64,000 bases of DNA from Octopus vulgaris (GCA_951406725.2 OX597824.1:52638001-52702000); one strand, 5' to 3'. Shown: positions 13,701 to 27,731, counted from the first letter of the stretch. Notes: generated from the letters alone by a model not told the origin. Translations and numbers: made by a program.

Positions 13701-14221
13701 GTTTTTTTTTTTTTTAAACTAACTTGTGTTAGTTCGAAAAAATGAGAATAAAATGAGAATAAAATACGGAAAAAAGGATCTGTCAGTTATTATTGTTATT
13801 ATTATTATCATTATCATCACCATCATCATCATCATCATCATCATCAATGATATTGTTTTATGTGTAGTCGCAGCAGTAGCTTATTATTGTTATTTTTATT
13901 TTTATCATTATCACCATCACCACCACTACTACCATTGTTTGAGGGAGTAGTTGGTGAAGAGGTCATGTTCTATAGGTCTATAAATAGATTCAGCAGATGG
14001 TTGAGAGATAGCCAAAGAGACAAAGGACATTTCAGGTCAGGAGAGGTCAAACCTGTTTACTTTTTTTTTTCAGCACTGCCTTGAAAAGCAATTCAGATTG
14101 TTATATTTGTAATTAATGGTAGGAAGGGGAAAAAACTATATATATATATATTTACCAGGTGGTGCTATTAAGTTAGACATGGCCTGGGCCAATAATGGCC
14201 GAAACCTATCAAAGTATCAAA

Positions 14222-14254
<33 letters not shown>

Positions 14255-14646
14255 CACACACATATGTATATGTATATGTATACTCACACACACATATTAT
14301 CTGATATTCACGTCGATGATTTTTTAAATTTCTGAATTCAATTATGTTGTTGCAATAGGAGTTGTGTTTACGCATTTGGGTAATATATTAAAGTTTTTAA
14401 GTATTCTTGAGATGTTCGTTTGTCTATCCATTTGGAAAATACAATAAGACTTTTGCAATGGGAAAAAGAATGTTTAGAAAAGAAAACAAGTTGTGGCTAG
14501 TTCTAAGATTTACTAAATATGGTCTTTTGTATGACTGCACAGAGAGAAACGATAGTGTTCTTCGAATAAAGAGGAGGATGATATTTACATTTTCGAAAAC
14601 TCAGGGAGAGAGGAAAGGATACGTTGTCCCACATTAGTTGTAGATA

Positions 14647-15937
14647 CGAGGGACGCTCAATAAGTAATGCCCCTGACCCACTTGCAGTTGTTTGATCTAG
14701 CTGAAATTTTGCATGTGCAATTATTCATATCTCTTCAGATAAAGTAGTAAATTACAGCTCTGTACTAATTGTGGTTTCTGATTTACAGGTGTTTGAACTG
14801 AGTCAAGTGTGAAATGGAGCCTGTTGAGTGTCGAGCAGTGATCCAGTTTCTGTATTTGAAAGGACGCACACCACGGGAGACTTTTGATGAAATGAAAGTA
14901 ACTTATGGTGATGATGCCCCATCATATGACCTTGTAAAACGCTGGCATCATGAATTCAAACATGGTCGGAACTCTGTGGAAACAGCTCCCAGATCTGGTC
15001 GCCCCCTTCTGCCATTGATGAGGCATTTGTCCGTCAAGTTGAGGCTGCCATTTTGGAAGATCGACGCATAACTATTCGCCAAATAGCCCATGAGGTCAAG
15101 ATTAGTACCGGATCTGTGGAAACTATCATTCATGACCATTTGCATATGCAAAAGGTGTCTGCCAGATCGATTCCCAGGTTGCTCACGCCTTTCCAGAAGC
15201 AAGAACGCGTCGAGTGCTCGAGGATGAATTTGGAGATGTGCCAAGAAGATGAGTCAAAATTTTTCAAAAGACTGATTACACAGGATGAAACCTGGGTCCA
15301 TCACTATGATCCAGAGACCAAAGCCCAGTCAATGCAATGGAAGGACCGTGACTCACCTCCTCTAAAGAAGGCAAGGGTGCAGCCCTCCGCTGGCAAGGTC
15401 ATGCTCACAGTCTTCTGGGACCAGGACGGAGTAGTGATGACAGATTTCCTGGCAAAGGGTACCACAATTACAGGAGCCTATTATGCTTCACTTTTGAGGA
15501 AATTAAGAGAAGCTATCAAAATCAAGAGGCGGGGCAAGATCAGCAAAGGCATCCTCCTCCTGCAGGACAATGCTCCGGTCCACAACTCGCGTGTCGCCAG
15601 ATCAGAAGCACAGGCGTGCGGCTATGAACTCCTCCCCCATCCCCCTACTCTCCTGACCTTGCACCCTCTCATTTTCACCTCTTCCCAGCCATGAAGTTAT
15701 TTTTGAAAGGAAAGCGTTTCCCAGATGATGCAGCCTTGATTTCTGAAGTCACGTCGTGGTTGGAGGACCAAGCTGGGATCTTCTACAAAAACGGTCTTCA
15801 GAGCTGCATCAAACGATGGGAGAAATACGTAACTCTGGGTGCTTCCTATGTAGAAAAGGACTAATAACTGTGCCAAGTTTCGTTGCTCTACAGTTATGGG
15901 AAGTGGGTCAGGGGCATTACTTATTGAACGCCCCTCG
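14647..15937 (+). mobile_element. Full-length mariner DNA transposon (~1291 bp)
   Basis: 37-bp TIRs cgagggacgctcaataagtaatgcccctgacccactt (2 mismatches); TA duplication at 14645-46 and 15938-39. Confidence 0.95.
14814..15864 (+). pseudogene. Mariner DD34D transposase, frameshifted
   Basis: MEPVECRAVIQF, RSGRP, ITQDETWVH, LLQDNAPVH, YSPDLAPS(H)F (third D replaced by H). Frameshifts near 15005 and 15645; stop TAA 15862-64. Confidence 0.92.
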
Positions 15938-16581
15938 TATTAAAGATTTTTTTTGTTTGTTTGTCTTTTTTTTTGTATTTTAAGCTGACCGTTTGTGTGT
16001 TCGATAGATGTAGGTATGTAAGTTTCCTAACTTATTTTATTTTGAGGGAGATTTAAAATATTTACAGGGAGTTGTAGATATTTCAGTCTTTGGGAACAGT
16101 GGGGGGAAGAGCGGGTTCACCCTGTTGGGTTTTTGAATTTCTGAATTTCTTTTTCTTTTGGAATTTTTCTTTTATTTTTAAAAGTTTTGCTGTGGTTTAC
16201 AGTTTTTGTAATTGTGCAGTATGTATATATTAGCAGGTGCTTACTTCCATAATTTTTTATCGTGCATTTAATTGTGTTGTTACAATAAAAGGCAATTTTA
16301 CCTATTCTGATAGTCAAGGAAGAAGGGACGACAAAATGTTTACACAAAATTGGAGATATTTATGTTTCTAATTTTTTTTTGTTAGGTGTTCGTTTGTATG
16401 TCCAAAGCTGTAGATATGTAAGTTCCTTAACTTATTTTGAGGGAAATTCAAATTACTCACAGAAAACAGTAGATCTTCCAGTTTTTTACAGTTGTTTTTT
16501 CAGTTGTCCTGCTGGGTTAGCTGCTGACAGGTCAGAGCAGCGAAAAACACGTCCAGCCTCTGTCACGTCCAGCCGCCTATA

Positions 16582-16666
<85 letters not shown>

Positions 16667-16669
16667 TAT

Positions 16670-18920
16670 CACACGTTTTCGTGGAGCTCCTGAAGTCTTT
16701 CATGCGTAGCGGGCTATCGTACCATGCTATCCGTTCTTGTCAGCTCTCTAATACTTTTCTGGTTATTCTGGCCGTGCCAAAGAGGCAAACCTTTTGTAAT
16801 AGTTCTACTGTGCACTCTATTCCAATTGCCCTTGATGCCTTCTGATACTGTTCCCAGGACCCAACAGTAACTGACACTATCTTTACCTTCTTCATTTTCC
16901 ATAGTCAGGCTATTTCGTACTTAACCCATTAATGCCCAGCGTATGATTTATCATACGCTTTTTTTGTTTCAGGCGAAAATATTCATATAAAATAATTTCA
17001 TAAATTTAAGCATCAAACGCCGTTCTGAAGATAAAGCCATACTTTGATCATTTATACATTGTGCTGGACTCATTTCTTTCAATGTCAAATTTTTAAGTAA
17101 GGAAGGAGTGCTACCGGTGGTAAGCTTTTAATTGGTATGCTATTTTGTAATATTTTATTTTGCGTTTGTATTTTTTATTAAGTATACATGAATTTTTCAA
17201 ACCAAACATATCTTAGTAATCTACATAAATAAAATATCGATTTATTAACCTTTGTATATGTGCATATGATAAAACATACGCTGAAAAATTCGTGTGTACA
17301 GTTAATTCAAAATTAAGTATTTCAGGTTTGGACATACAATCGTTAATTCTGTTAACAATTAGCCAAAAACTTTTAAAACAATTGTAAATTAAAATATTTT
17401 GCTCTTGAATCTTGAATTTTTTATATCTGTTATTTATTTTCTTTGTAAAAAACTAGCCTATTTACTAGCAAACTAATGTTTGCATAAGTGCAATTGATAT
17501 ATATATATATATATATATATAATTCATATTTCTAGATTGTTAAATATGCCTAAGAGAAAAACTTGGTAGTGAAAGCGACACTGAAGAAATCCTAAATATA
17601 ATCGAATCTGGTGATGATACTGAAATTGATAATGAGGAAATTGATAATGCTGATCAGCTTCAAATGGTGGTGACGATTCAGATAAAGATGATGCTTCAAG
17701 TGACTGCAAAGAATCTTCAGCAAATTTGCGAGACATTGATAGTGGTATTCTTGCAGAGTAAGGTGAGATTAGAGCCTATAGTAAAGCTGGTGTTGAGGTT
17801 CTTGGTGTAGACAAGGAGGTGACACCAAGCTCAGCTAAGAAGCACTATTCACGTGTAAAGAAAAGTTCTCGCAAATGGAATAATAAGCCTTTGAAACTGT
17901 CTTCTGCAAACTATGATTGTGATTCCAGTGTCACTGAACCTTCGATTACAAAATTTAGGGACAAGTTTGAGTCAACTGAGGTCGTGAAGGAATGCTTCTC
18001 TAAAGATATTACGAATTGTATTTGCAGAGAAACCGTTAAATTTGCTGCACAAAAGGGAGATTTGCAGTTTACTTTGACGTAGAGGATCTTTACAAGTATT
18101 TTGTGATTCTTCTATTGTTGGTCTACAATAAACTACCCTGCAGAAGAATGTACTGGGAGACTAGATCCGATTCAAACAAACATTTAGTTAGTCATGCAAT
18201 GTCTAGAAATAGGTTTAAGAAGATACATCAATACCTGCATTTCAACGACAATAAACTCGATCCTTGTTTACATTTTGCCGAAATGGAAGCATTGTAGATT
18301 TAAGAATTCTTTTCTGTTGCATTCAGAGGAACGTTTCTCTACTGGAATTTACAAGACAAATAGTTACTGCATTGCTTGCTGTACCAGATTTAGAAAAGAA
18401 GAGAGTAGTACGTCCTAAAACAATGAAGCAAGTTCCGTAAGTGGCACGATTCGATAACAGAGACCACCTTGTCAACAAAAATTGAAACTCAAAGGCTATG
18501 CGCAGCATGTGAAAAATGCACCAAATTTGTTAGCATCAAATGCAATGTAGACCTACATCTTGACACATGCTTTCTTCATTTTCATCAATAAATGATATTC
18601 CTCTTAGAAATATATTTACTTGTCATAAGAAATTTTTTTGTAAAACAAATAAATGTGATTAAATTTTTTTTTTTACTTCATCCTTATTTTAAAATTTTAA
18701 CCCTACTTGTCCAGTATCATACGGATCTAAAAACCACATGATTACTAAAATATTTACAACATTTTATGAACCTCTAAAATACAAAAATGTATACAACGTA
18801 TTTGAATGTAACAAAAAATTCAAAATTTTTTATTTCCGGAATTGATGGGTTAAGAGTATTGTATTTATCCCTTTTCGCCTTCCTTCTTGAATATTTGTGG
18901 GTCAAAGGAGCATGCAACAT
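16670..18920 (-). mobile_element. R4/Dong 3' (RLE) fragment split by the piggyBac
   Basis: VDVACSFD (right of 18854) continues as LKYEIA*LWKMKKVKIVSVTVG (left of 16924) across the TTAA site. Confidence 0.75.
16925..18849 (+). mobile_element. Internally deleted piggyBac transposon
   Basis: TTAA at 16921-24 and 18850-53; ends CCCATTAAT / ATTGATGGG. Remnant RRMYWETRSD..MSRNRFKKIHQYLHFNDN (PGBD-like) and a Cys-rich C-terminus (CAACEKC..KCNVDLH..CF). The catalytic core is absent. Confidence 0.88.
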
Positions 18921-18997
18921 CAACTATATAGCATGACCCCAGCGACACCAACAACAATGGACGCTGCCCTTACTTCCATCCTACCTTATGCCGTAGA

Positions 18998-19058
<61 letters not shown>

Positions 19059-19059
<1 letters not shown>

Positions 19060-19243
19060 GGCGGCAGGGTGGCAGAATCGTTAGCATGCCGGGCAAAAAG
19101 GTTATCGGCATTTCGTCTGTACTTACGTACTGGATTCAAATTCCGTTGAGGAGACTTTGCCTTTCGGGATCTATGAAGTAAGTACCAGTTACACACTAGA
19201 GTTGATGTAACCGACTAGCCCCCTTCCCCAAAATTTCAAGCCT
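19059..19243 (+). mobile_element. tRNA-derived SINE (48033 family)
   Basis: ggcggcagggtggcagaatcgttagcatgccgggc...attcaaattcc...aagtaccagtt; further copies at 19860-20040 and 26633-26850. Confidence 0.75.
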
Positions 19244-19289
19244 TATTATTATTATTATTGTTGTTGTTGTTGTTATCATTATTCAATAG

Positions 19290-19495
19290 GCTTATTTTTA
19301 TCACGTGCTATTATTGCACTACCGAGCGCAGCTCTGTGTGCCTTGGTGTTGTAGTTTGTTGTGGTTCTCTTATTTTTATTGCATTGAAATTGTTTTACGT
19401 GGATTAATTGCGGTACTCAGTAATACTATTTTCTGTATGTTATATATACTTGTAATTCCTGGTGATTTTGTTATGTATTTGTCTGAATGTTTTCG
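19290..19495 (-). mobile_element. Dong 3'-end fragment (same family as 34683-38822)
   Basis: cactaccgagcgcagctctgtgtgcctt is identical to 34721-34748; encodes a NIQKIVLLS-like RLE tail. Confidence 0.8.
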
Positions 19496-19497
19496 AG

Positions 19498-19773
19498 AGA
19501 GCACACGCTCCTGAGGATTCAGAGAAATCTCGGACAATGGGGTCCCTCGATTATCCCTAGAGGCCTTCGTGTATCAAAAGGGCCACATCGCTATCATCCT
19601 CCACGCCAATTTTTTAAAAACCTTTGTATGCTATGCAAATGTCCCTTCTTTTTCATTGTATACCGTTTATACTTACTTTCTTTTTTGTTGTCACTTCATT
19701 ATATGTGAACTCACATACTTTATGGCTGCCTTTGTATTTCCCCCTCATTCTTCGCTCTTGTGGCAAATAAATG

Positions 19774-19780
<7 letters not shown>
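19498..19780 (+). mobile_element. Tx1-family 3' UTR fragment ending in (ATC)/(ATT)n
   Basis: Homologous to 23650-23720 (gaaatctcggaca.tgggg.cctcgattat). Its end gtggcaaataaatgaaatcat is shared with 20705-20725. Confidence 0.65.
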
Positions 19781-19849
<69 letters not shown>

Positions 19850-20233
19850 TATCATCAAAACAGCGGGTTGGCAGAATCGTTAGCACACTGGACGAAATGC
19901 TCGGCCGTATTTCGCCGGTCGCTACGTTCTGTGTTCTAATTCCGCAAAGGTCGGCTTTGCTTTTCATCCTGTCGGGATTGATAAATTAATTAGCAGTGAA
20001 ACACTGGGGTCAACGTAATCGACTTATTCCCTCACCGCAAAGGCAGTCTGACGTTTCAGAGAAAATTTTTATGTACATTCTACATCTAATCGCGTCTCCT
20101 TTCTTCAAATGTTTTTATAAGTAACATTTCACTGTGTGTGTGTATGCGTGTGTGTGTGTGTGTGGATGTGTATGCGCGTACGTGTGTGTGTCTGTGTCTG
20201 TGTGAGGATTTTGTGTGTGTGTGTGAAGGGGGT

Positions 20234-20269
<36 letters not shown>

Positions 20270-20469
20270 CACATAAAGATAGATAGATAGATAGATTTAT
20301 TTTATTTCAAGTTTTTTTTTGGGGGGGGGGTTATGCGAATTTCACACCAGTCCGATCTTCAGATAAATGAAATTCGATTCCTGACGAAAATAATTCAGTT
20401 TCAATAAGTATATCTTCTACATCCCATGTACTGAGTACACACACACACTCTCTTTCTCTCTCTCTCTTT

Positions 20470-20500
<31 letters not shown>

Positions 20501-20760
20501 CTTTCGTTCAGACACGCGCTTGCACATACACACACGCACCTACCCAACCACACACGCGATTTGAATATTGGTTATGAATACCAACATTTCACTAATCTCA
20601 AAAGTAAAAGGATTAAACTCGTAGCCATTTTGATGTAATAATCTTTCCAGATTTTCTATATGTAAATCCCCACAATTTGTGTATTATACCCCTCATCCAC
20701 CCTGGTGGCAAATAAATGAAATCATTATTATTATATTTATTATTATTATTATTATTATTA

Positions 20761-20840
<80 letters not shown>

Positions 20841-21398
20841 GAGTGAGAGAACTGTGCATGCCATCAAGGTGACACTGGAATAAAATATACGCAGCCCAAC
20901 ATACCCTCTCATGACTACCTGTCTGATAAGGGTATACCAGGTACATGCATCACAGCCAAATGTGCGCGACATGGTGTTCTCATATCAAGATAAATAACGC
21001 ATGACCTTGCAGGTAGGAAGCAGTTAAAATTTTCTTCAGGTCAAGTAGCTCATCCCGCTCAAAAGGTCCCTGAATAAGGCTTGTTTATGAATGTTGAACG
21101 AAATACCTGTTTCCAGAGGTGAATTATCCAAACCCCAAATAATTCCTCTCAACACATAGCTATGATGCTCTCCCACAATTTCTGCTCGTTGTCAGAGATG
21201 CGCATACCGTCAGCCACTAAGGGACAGGCTCAACTGGTTGAGGTCAAACAACTGACAAGCAAATCTGTAGTAATGAGCAGAATATTTGTTGTAGCCCATT
21301 TTTTTATATATACCAAAACAAAAGAATGTGCATGATAACACTTCCAATCAGTTAAAATAAGAAACCGTGAGAGCCACTGTCTGGTATTGCCCCAGGTC

Positions 21399-21400
<2 letters not shown>
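20841..21400 (-). mobile_element. ~550-bp non-autonomous (TAA)n-inserted repeat, copy 2
   Basis: Colinear homology with 9299-9829; (TTA)n on both sides. Confidence 0.8.
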
Positions 21401-21468
<68 letters not shown>

Positions 21469-21479
21469 GCTATTATTAT

Positions 21480-22520
21480 TTATGGTTTCTTTTCATTATG
21501 ACTTTATTTCAGCTGCCTTAGTACCTTTTGTTTTGCTATGCATGCTAAAATTAACACCACATTTATTCCATTTAGATGGAGAGTGCATTCCGTAGAATAT
21601 GGGCTGTACCCATTAAAGTTATCTTTTGTAGTTCACGTAGATCGGAGTCACCAGGGAGTTGCTTAATATACTTCTCAGCTCTCTTCTTTATCATTCCAAA
21701 CGCACCAATTACTATTAGTATTATCGTAGTACTACGCTTCCACATTTTTGTGATGTCAGTTGGCAGATCTCTATAGTGGGCAAGCTTTTCGTATTCATTT
21801 CTTGAGATATCTTGTGGGACAGACATATCTATTAACGGACAAGTTCCTCTGTTGTAGTCCTTGATCACAATGTCGGGTCGATTGGAGTCAATTTTTCTGT
21901 CAGTTTGTATTTTGAAGTTCCAAACGATGGTGACGCCCTCGTCATTTACTACATCCTTTGGATGGTGTCTGTACCACTTATCATGGAATTTAATTTTGTA
22001 GTATTTACAAGCATTCCAGTGGGTGTACTGCCCTGGTCTATCATGTCTTATGAGGTACTCCTTTTCAGAGAGGACTGGGCAACCAGAAACAACATGATCA
22101 ATTGTCTGTGAATTTTCCGTAAATTCTGCACTTGGGGTTAGATCCATCATTAAGGACGTTTGCATGGTAGCTCCTGGTAGGTAAGCTCTGATCTTTCGCT
22201 GCAATAACAAAACCTTCTGTTTCCCTTTTTAGACCTGTTCCTTGCAGCCATTGCTGTATTAGATTTTGATCAATAACTGGCTTGGACAGGCAGTAAGGGT
22301 ATTTTCCATGCAGGAGTTTTCCTTTCCAGTTGTCTTCGATATCATTCATGCAATCCTTTGCTTTTTGTTTGATGTTTTTGCATCAGTGATAGGTTTTGGC
22401 AGTTTTAAATCATCCATGTAGAGTAGGTGATTAGTTTTCTGGTCAAAGATCTTAGCATTCAGTTGTTTAGTTATTGGCAACAGAGCGAGGTAGAATAGTA
22501 ATGCTGATAATGAATCACCT
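21480..22520 (-). mobile_element. R4/Dong 3' fragment
   Basis: LHGKY, LKRETEGFVIAA, TIDHVVSGC, RHD, RPDIV..LIDMSVP, LQKITLMGTAHILR; YMDD remnant near 22415. Confidence 0.88.
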
Positions 22521-22556
22521 TATTGTTATTATTATCATCATCATCATTATTATTAA

Positions 22557-22770
22557 GGCAGCGAGCTGGCAGAATCGTTAACACGCGGGCGAAATGCTTA
22601 GCGGTATTTCGTCTGCCGCTACGTTCTGAGTTCAAATTCCGCCGAGGTCGACTTTACTTTTCATCCTTTCAGGGTCGATAAATTAAGTGCCAGTGAAACA
22701 CTGGGGGTCGACGTAATCGACACATCCCCTCCCCCAAAATGCCTACCCTTGTGGAAAATTTTGAAACCAT
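22557..22770 (+). mobile_element. tRNA-derived SINE (48033 family)
   Basis: Near-complete copy: A-box-like agctggcagaa, B-box gagttcaaattcc, central gtcgacttt..tttcatcctttc.gggtcgataaa. Confidence 0.85.
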
Positions 22771-22779
22771 TATTATTGG

Positions 22780-23727
22780 CACCTGGCACCTAGAATGTCG
22801 TCAGGCGCTCATAGCCCGCAACCAGTCGGGAAATGGGATTGGTGGATGATCCGCTTCAGAAATTCATTGAGGTTTAGTGGCGGGGAAGTGCGATGACATT
22901 CTCAGGGAGACTCTGGGCGCCGGAGAGAACGAACTGGCTAATCTGTTCCAGAGGACTTTCCCGTCGGGAACTATCAAGGATAATTTCTAGATCACTTTGG
23001 CCTGGCAGTGCTACCGGGGGCGCAACCGGTTCGCGACAAAATCTACAAGTACAGATGTGCGATCAGACGGACTTATCCGAGGTGCACGCAGAGTGACGAA
23101 ACCGTTCTGCACGCCCTCGTTCAGTATCCGGGCATTGCTGACATGTGGGGTTTTGTTAAACAGCTACTGTCATGTGTGGGACGGATCCGTCCGTCGGCCG
23201 AATCTCTAGTGAGGATCGCACCGCCGCCCTCCTTCAATCGGGCAGGCAAGGCAATTTTCTTTTGTCTGGTGGCTGTGGCGAAAGAGTTTGTTTGGTGGAC
23301 AAGGCTGAAATGTATAAGGACACATACATTCCTCTTTGGTAGAGCTCTCATTGACTTTTTCAAGTGGCACTTGGAAAGGAAATTGAGAGTGAGAATGAAA
23401 AAAAGAAAGAAAAAAGAAGTATACACGATATACATTGAGAAAATAGGGACATGTGCTTTACGCACAAGGGTAAAAACATGGCGGGAAGGATGATAGAGAT
23501 GTGACTTGGAAAGGAAATTGAGGGTGGAAAGGGAAGTGCTGTCCTCGAGTGAGTGTATTTTGAAAGGTGGGTGAAAGTTGAAAAAATGGCAAGAGTGAAT
23601 AGTACCTCTCTAACTGTAGATCTTTGAGCCGGAGAGAAGGAATTGGAGCGGGCACTTGCTCTTAGGGTTTCAGGGAAATCTCGGACAGTGGGGTTCCTCG
23701 ATTATTCCTTGAGGCCTCTAGGAATAA
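22780..23727 (+). pseudogene. Tx1-clade ORF2 C-terminal fragment plus 3' UTR
   Basis: SLAWQCYR, PRCTQSDETVLHAL, RPSAESLVRIAPP, AVAKEFVWWTR parallel the ORF2 tail at 52330-52810. Confidence 0.85.
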
Positions 23728-25915
23728 AGAGCTCTGTTTTGAGTATTGCCCTTACTCTGCAATAACATTCTCTTCTGATCGTTTCCCTCATCACTCAAAC
23801 TTGCTAATGTTTGATTCCATCCCCTTCACATACCCCTATGTATTTGTAGCTCTCCGCTGGTTCTAACTCCTTTATGACCTTCTGCTGGTCAAGAATAACG
23901 TTGGATGTTTGTCATTTTTCCTTTGATAAAGGTAGCTTTGCACATTTATCGAAGCCAAATTGCATCCTGATGTCATCACTGAACTGTTTAACAATCGCTA
24001 GTAAGCCCTGTAGTTGCTGGTCATTTTTTGCAAAGAGCTTTAAATCATCCATGTAAATGAGATGATATATATTTTTATCAAACATTGTATATATATACTT
24101 GTAGTACGAGCAATTTCGAGAGAGGCATTAACGCTAGGCAAAAGAGAGGTGGTGATAGAGAGTCACACTGGGAAATACCATATGAAATTCTTACATTTCC
24201 AACATTAAGAGATTCATTATCACTGTTCAAAGTCAGTGTGGTTCTCCATGATCTCATACTTACAGACAAGAAGTCTCACAGAGTCGGTACTATTTTATGC
24301 ATTTCCAGACATTTCTTAATCCAGCTATGAGGTAGACTATCAAAAGCTTTTTTATAGTCTATCCAGGCTATCGACAAGTTTTTGCGCCCTTTGTGATAAT
24401 CTTCCAAGATCATCTTATTGATGAGTAGCTGATCTTTACAACCATAGGACCCACATTTACATCTTTTTTGCTCATTAGGGAATATGCCACTTTCTATTAA
24501 AATACTAAAGGTATATTCAGTCAAGACAGATGTTAGTATTTTATACATTGTAGCTATGCATGTTATGGGTCTTTAATTTTTTGGTTCATTTGTTTCTTCA
24601 CTTTTTGGAAGTAGGAATGTTAAACCTTTAACTAGCCAAGAGGAAATCATACTAGGTCGTTGCAAAACATTGTTGTAAAGTTTTGTTAACAGTTCATGGC
24701 TCTTTGGGAAGGCTTTCAACAAGAAGTTAGAAATTTTATCCTTTCCTGGAGACTTCAATTTGCTTGACTACCTGAGAGCAGATCTTACATCTACCTTGAT
24801 ACCCTCCCTTTTGCTCTTCTATCAATCAAAGGGGTATTTTTATTGTATGTTTTTCTTCTACCCAAATTTTATTTAAAAATTCCTGCACTTCTTTTGATGT
24901 GACAGACTTTACTGTAGCTGGTATTTTCCATATCTTCCTGTAAAAAGTTTTGGGTTGTTTGTAGGTGTTGTCCTTGAAGAATCTAACACGCTTTTCATAT
25001 CTTGTTATACAGGCAGCTTTAGCACATACCTTTTGCTTAATCGTTTCTATGGTGGTATCGATGTCAAGTATGGTTTACATATGTCTTTTCATTAATTTTC
25101 AGATTTTTGTTGGTTTGATAGTCTTGCCAAACTTAAGGTTTTTTAAACATTCTATGTCAGACCTAAGTAGCTGAATTTGGTATTGAATACGCTCTTGCCA
25201 AGTAGGCTTTTTGTGGGAAAGTTGTCATTTTCTAATCTTTTCACCACACAGATTCGTTGAGATTTTCGCGGATGCATAGTACAGGTGGCTGAGATCTGTA
25301 ATATCATCATCATTAGCTGAAATTATATCTTTAAGTGCAAGGTGGATTTTGCCAATTATTCTCAGGCTTTGATTAAAACTGCGAATTTTGGGGAGAGTGT
25401 CGCGTTCATTTATGCTGGTTTCTTTCATTTTCAGCCATTCAATCATGATTTGATTTTTTAGATCATGTAGTTCTGTTGGGTCAATTTCTGTGTGACTTGT
25501 TTGATTTTCATCTGCCTTAGTGCTTATGGTTGGTTCAGAGAGTATTTCACTTTACTTATCAGTTACATTAACTCTGTCAGTCATTATTGTATTTTCATCA
25601 GCCCTGGGCTGGTCTATAATTATTTCCTCTGTAGTATCTTCTTTAGCTGCAACTTCGTTCCTTTTATCCCTTACTGATTGTTTAATTTGGTCAATCTCTA
25701 ATTCAGTTAGTAATTTCTTCTTCACAATGTTTCTTCTGACGTTGGCAAGTTTGTTACTGTCTATGTAGGGTCTTACTTCAAGGTGTTTTTGTCTCCAGTT
25801 TAAGTAGGTTTGTACAGTATTAGATTTATTTGTGGGGAAATACTTGGCATGATAGAAGGCCTTAAGAACTTCTTTATTATCTCCCTTAGACTATTTTTCA
25901 TTCTTTTTCCTCCTT
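23728..25915 (-). mobile_element. R4/Dong internal fragment (sister copy of 10235-13700)
   Basis: Strong nucleotide similarity to 11710-13370. Has KSPGKDKI, GSYGCKDQLLIN, WIDYKKAFDS, YMDD; truncated at both ends. Confidence 0.9.
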
Positions 25916-26058
25916 ATTTTTTCAGCCGCTATTTTTCCATGTTCTCTTGCCTTTTCTCTTTTCGGGGTCGTTAATAAAGTACCAGTTGATTATTGGGATC
26001 AATGTAAACGACTATCCTCCTCCCCAAAATTTCAGGTGTTGCACCCATAGTAGAAAGT

Positions 26059-26105
<47 letters not shown>

Positions 26106-26119
26106 TATTATTTATTGTT

Positions 26120-26540
26120 TTTGCGCAGTTTCTAACACTGTTCACTACCAGTGAACTAAGGTAACATCCTAAGGTAGCATCAGGAGAATTCGAGCATTCC
26201 CAAATAATGTTGTTTCTGCAATTACTCCACCCTTATTGCAGCCCCTATTTTTCCATGTACTTCTCAAGATTTTTACTCACTGTTCCCACAGTTCCGACAA
26301 TTATTGGTACTACTACCACCTTTTTCAGCGACAACAACTGCTTAACCTCCCAAGCTAACCTGTCATCTCTATCGACTTTTCTTTCTTCCTTATCGCATAC
26401 CTTGTTGTTAGCTGGGCTTGCTATATCTATGATCCAACATGGTTTACTTTCTTTTTCAATTAACACTATGTCTAGTTTTCTATTCTCTATCTCATGGTCG
26501 CACTGAATCATAAAATTCCATAGGATCTTTGCATTATCAT
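26120..26540 (-). mobile_element. R4/Dong 3' RLE fragment between microsatellites
   Basis: ILWNFMIQCDHEIENRKLDIV..IIDIASP..VVVVPIIVGTVG. Further 3' fragments at 26930-27080 and 27290-27590 (LQKAALLGT..ILR). Confidence 0.85.
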
Positions 26541-26565
26541 TTATTATTATTATTATTATTATTAT

Positions 26566-26622
<57 letters not shown>

Positions 26623-26845
26623 AGTAGTATTTAGGCGGCGAGTTGGCAGAATCGTTATCACGCTGGACGAAATGCTTATCTGTCTTTCGCCTGTCGCTCC
26701 GGTCTGAGTTCAAATGCCGCCGAGTTGGACTTTGCCTTTCATCCTTTCGGAGTCGATAAATTAAGTACCAGTGAAATGCAGGGCTCAATGTAATCGACTA
26801 GTCCTCTCCTCCCAAACTTGAGGCCTTGTGCCTCCAGTAGAAAGG

Positions 26846-26902
<57 letters not shown>

Positions 26903-27170
26903 GTTGCTGTTGTTGTTGTTGTCTTTGTACAGATTCTAACACTGGAGATGTATTACAGTGTGAGCTGTTCACTACCAGTGAACTAAGATAACACCCCTTA
27001 TTTTTCGAGCACCATCCGGAGTATTCGAGCGGTTCCAAGCAGTGCTGTTTTCTGCAAGTGCTCCACCTTTATTGCAGCCCCTATAAAATAAGTACCAGTT
27101 GAACACTGGGGTCGATGTACTCGACTCATATTCTCCCCTAAATTGCTGCCCTTGCGGCAAAATTTAAAAC

Positions 27171-27287
<117 letters not shown>

Positions 27288-27617
27288 TCCTTCGTAACAC
27301 AGTGTAGGTAAAAACGCACCGGAGTCTTTAGTCAACTGTCAAGTCACGACAAGGACCCCAGACAGATAATACGTTCCTTAAGATGTGCACTGTGCCCAGT
27401 AAGGCTGCTTTTTGCAAGACATCAATCTTGCATGGGATTTCCAGTTGCCTTAAGAAGTTTTGATGTTTCAATGGGATTGAGCCCAACGCTCCGATCACCA
27501 CTCGTATCACTTTTACATTACACTCCCGCATTCCATACAATTTTGCCATTTCCACTTTCAATTTGGAGTATTTGGTGATTTTTCAACCTCTTTACTCACA
27601 ACATTCATTTCATATCA

Positions 27618-27731
<114 letters not shown>

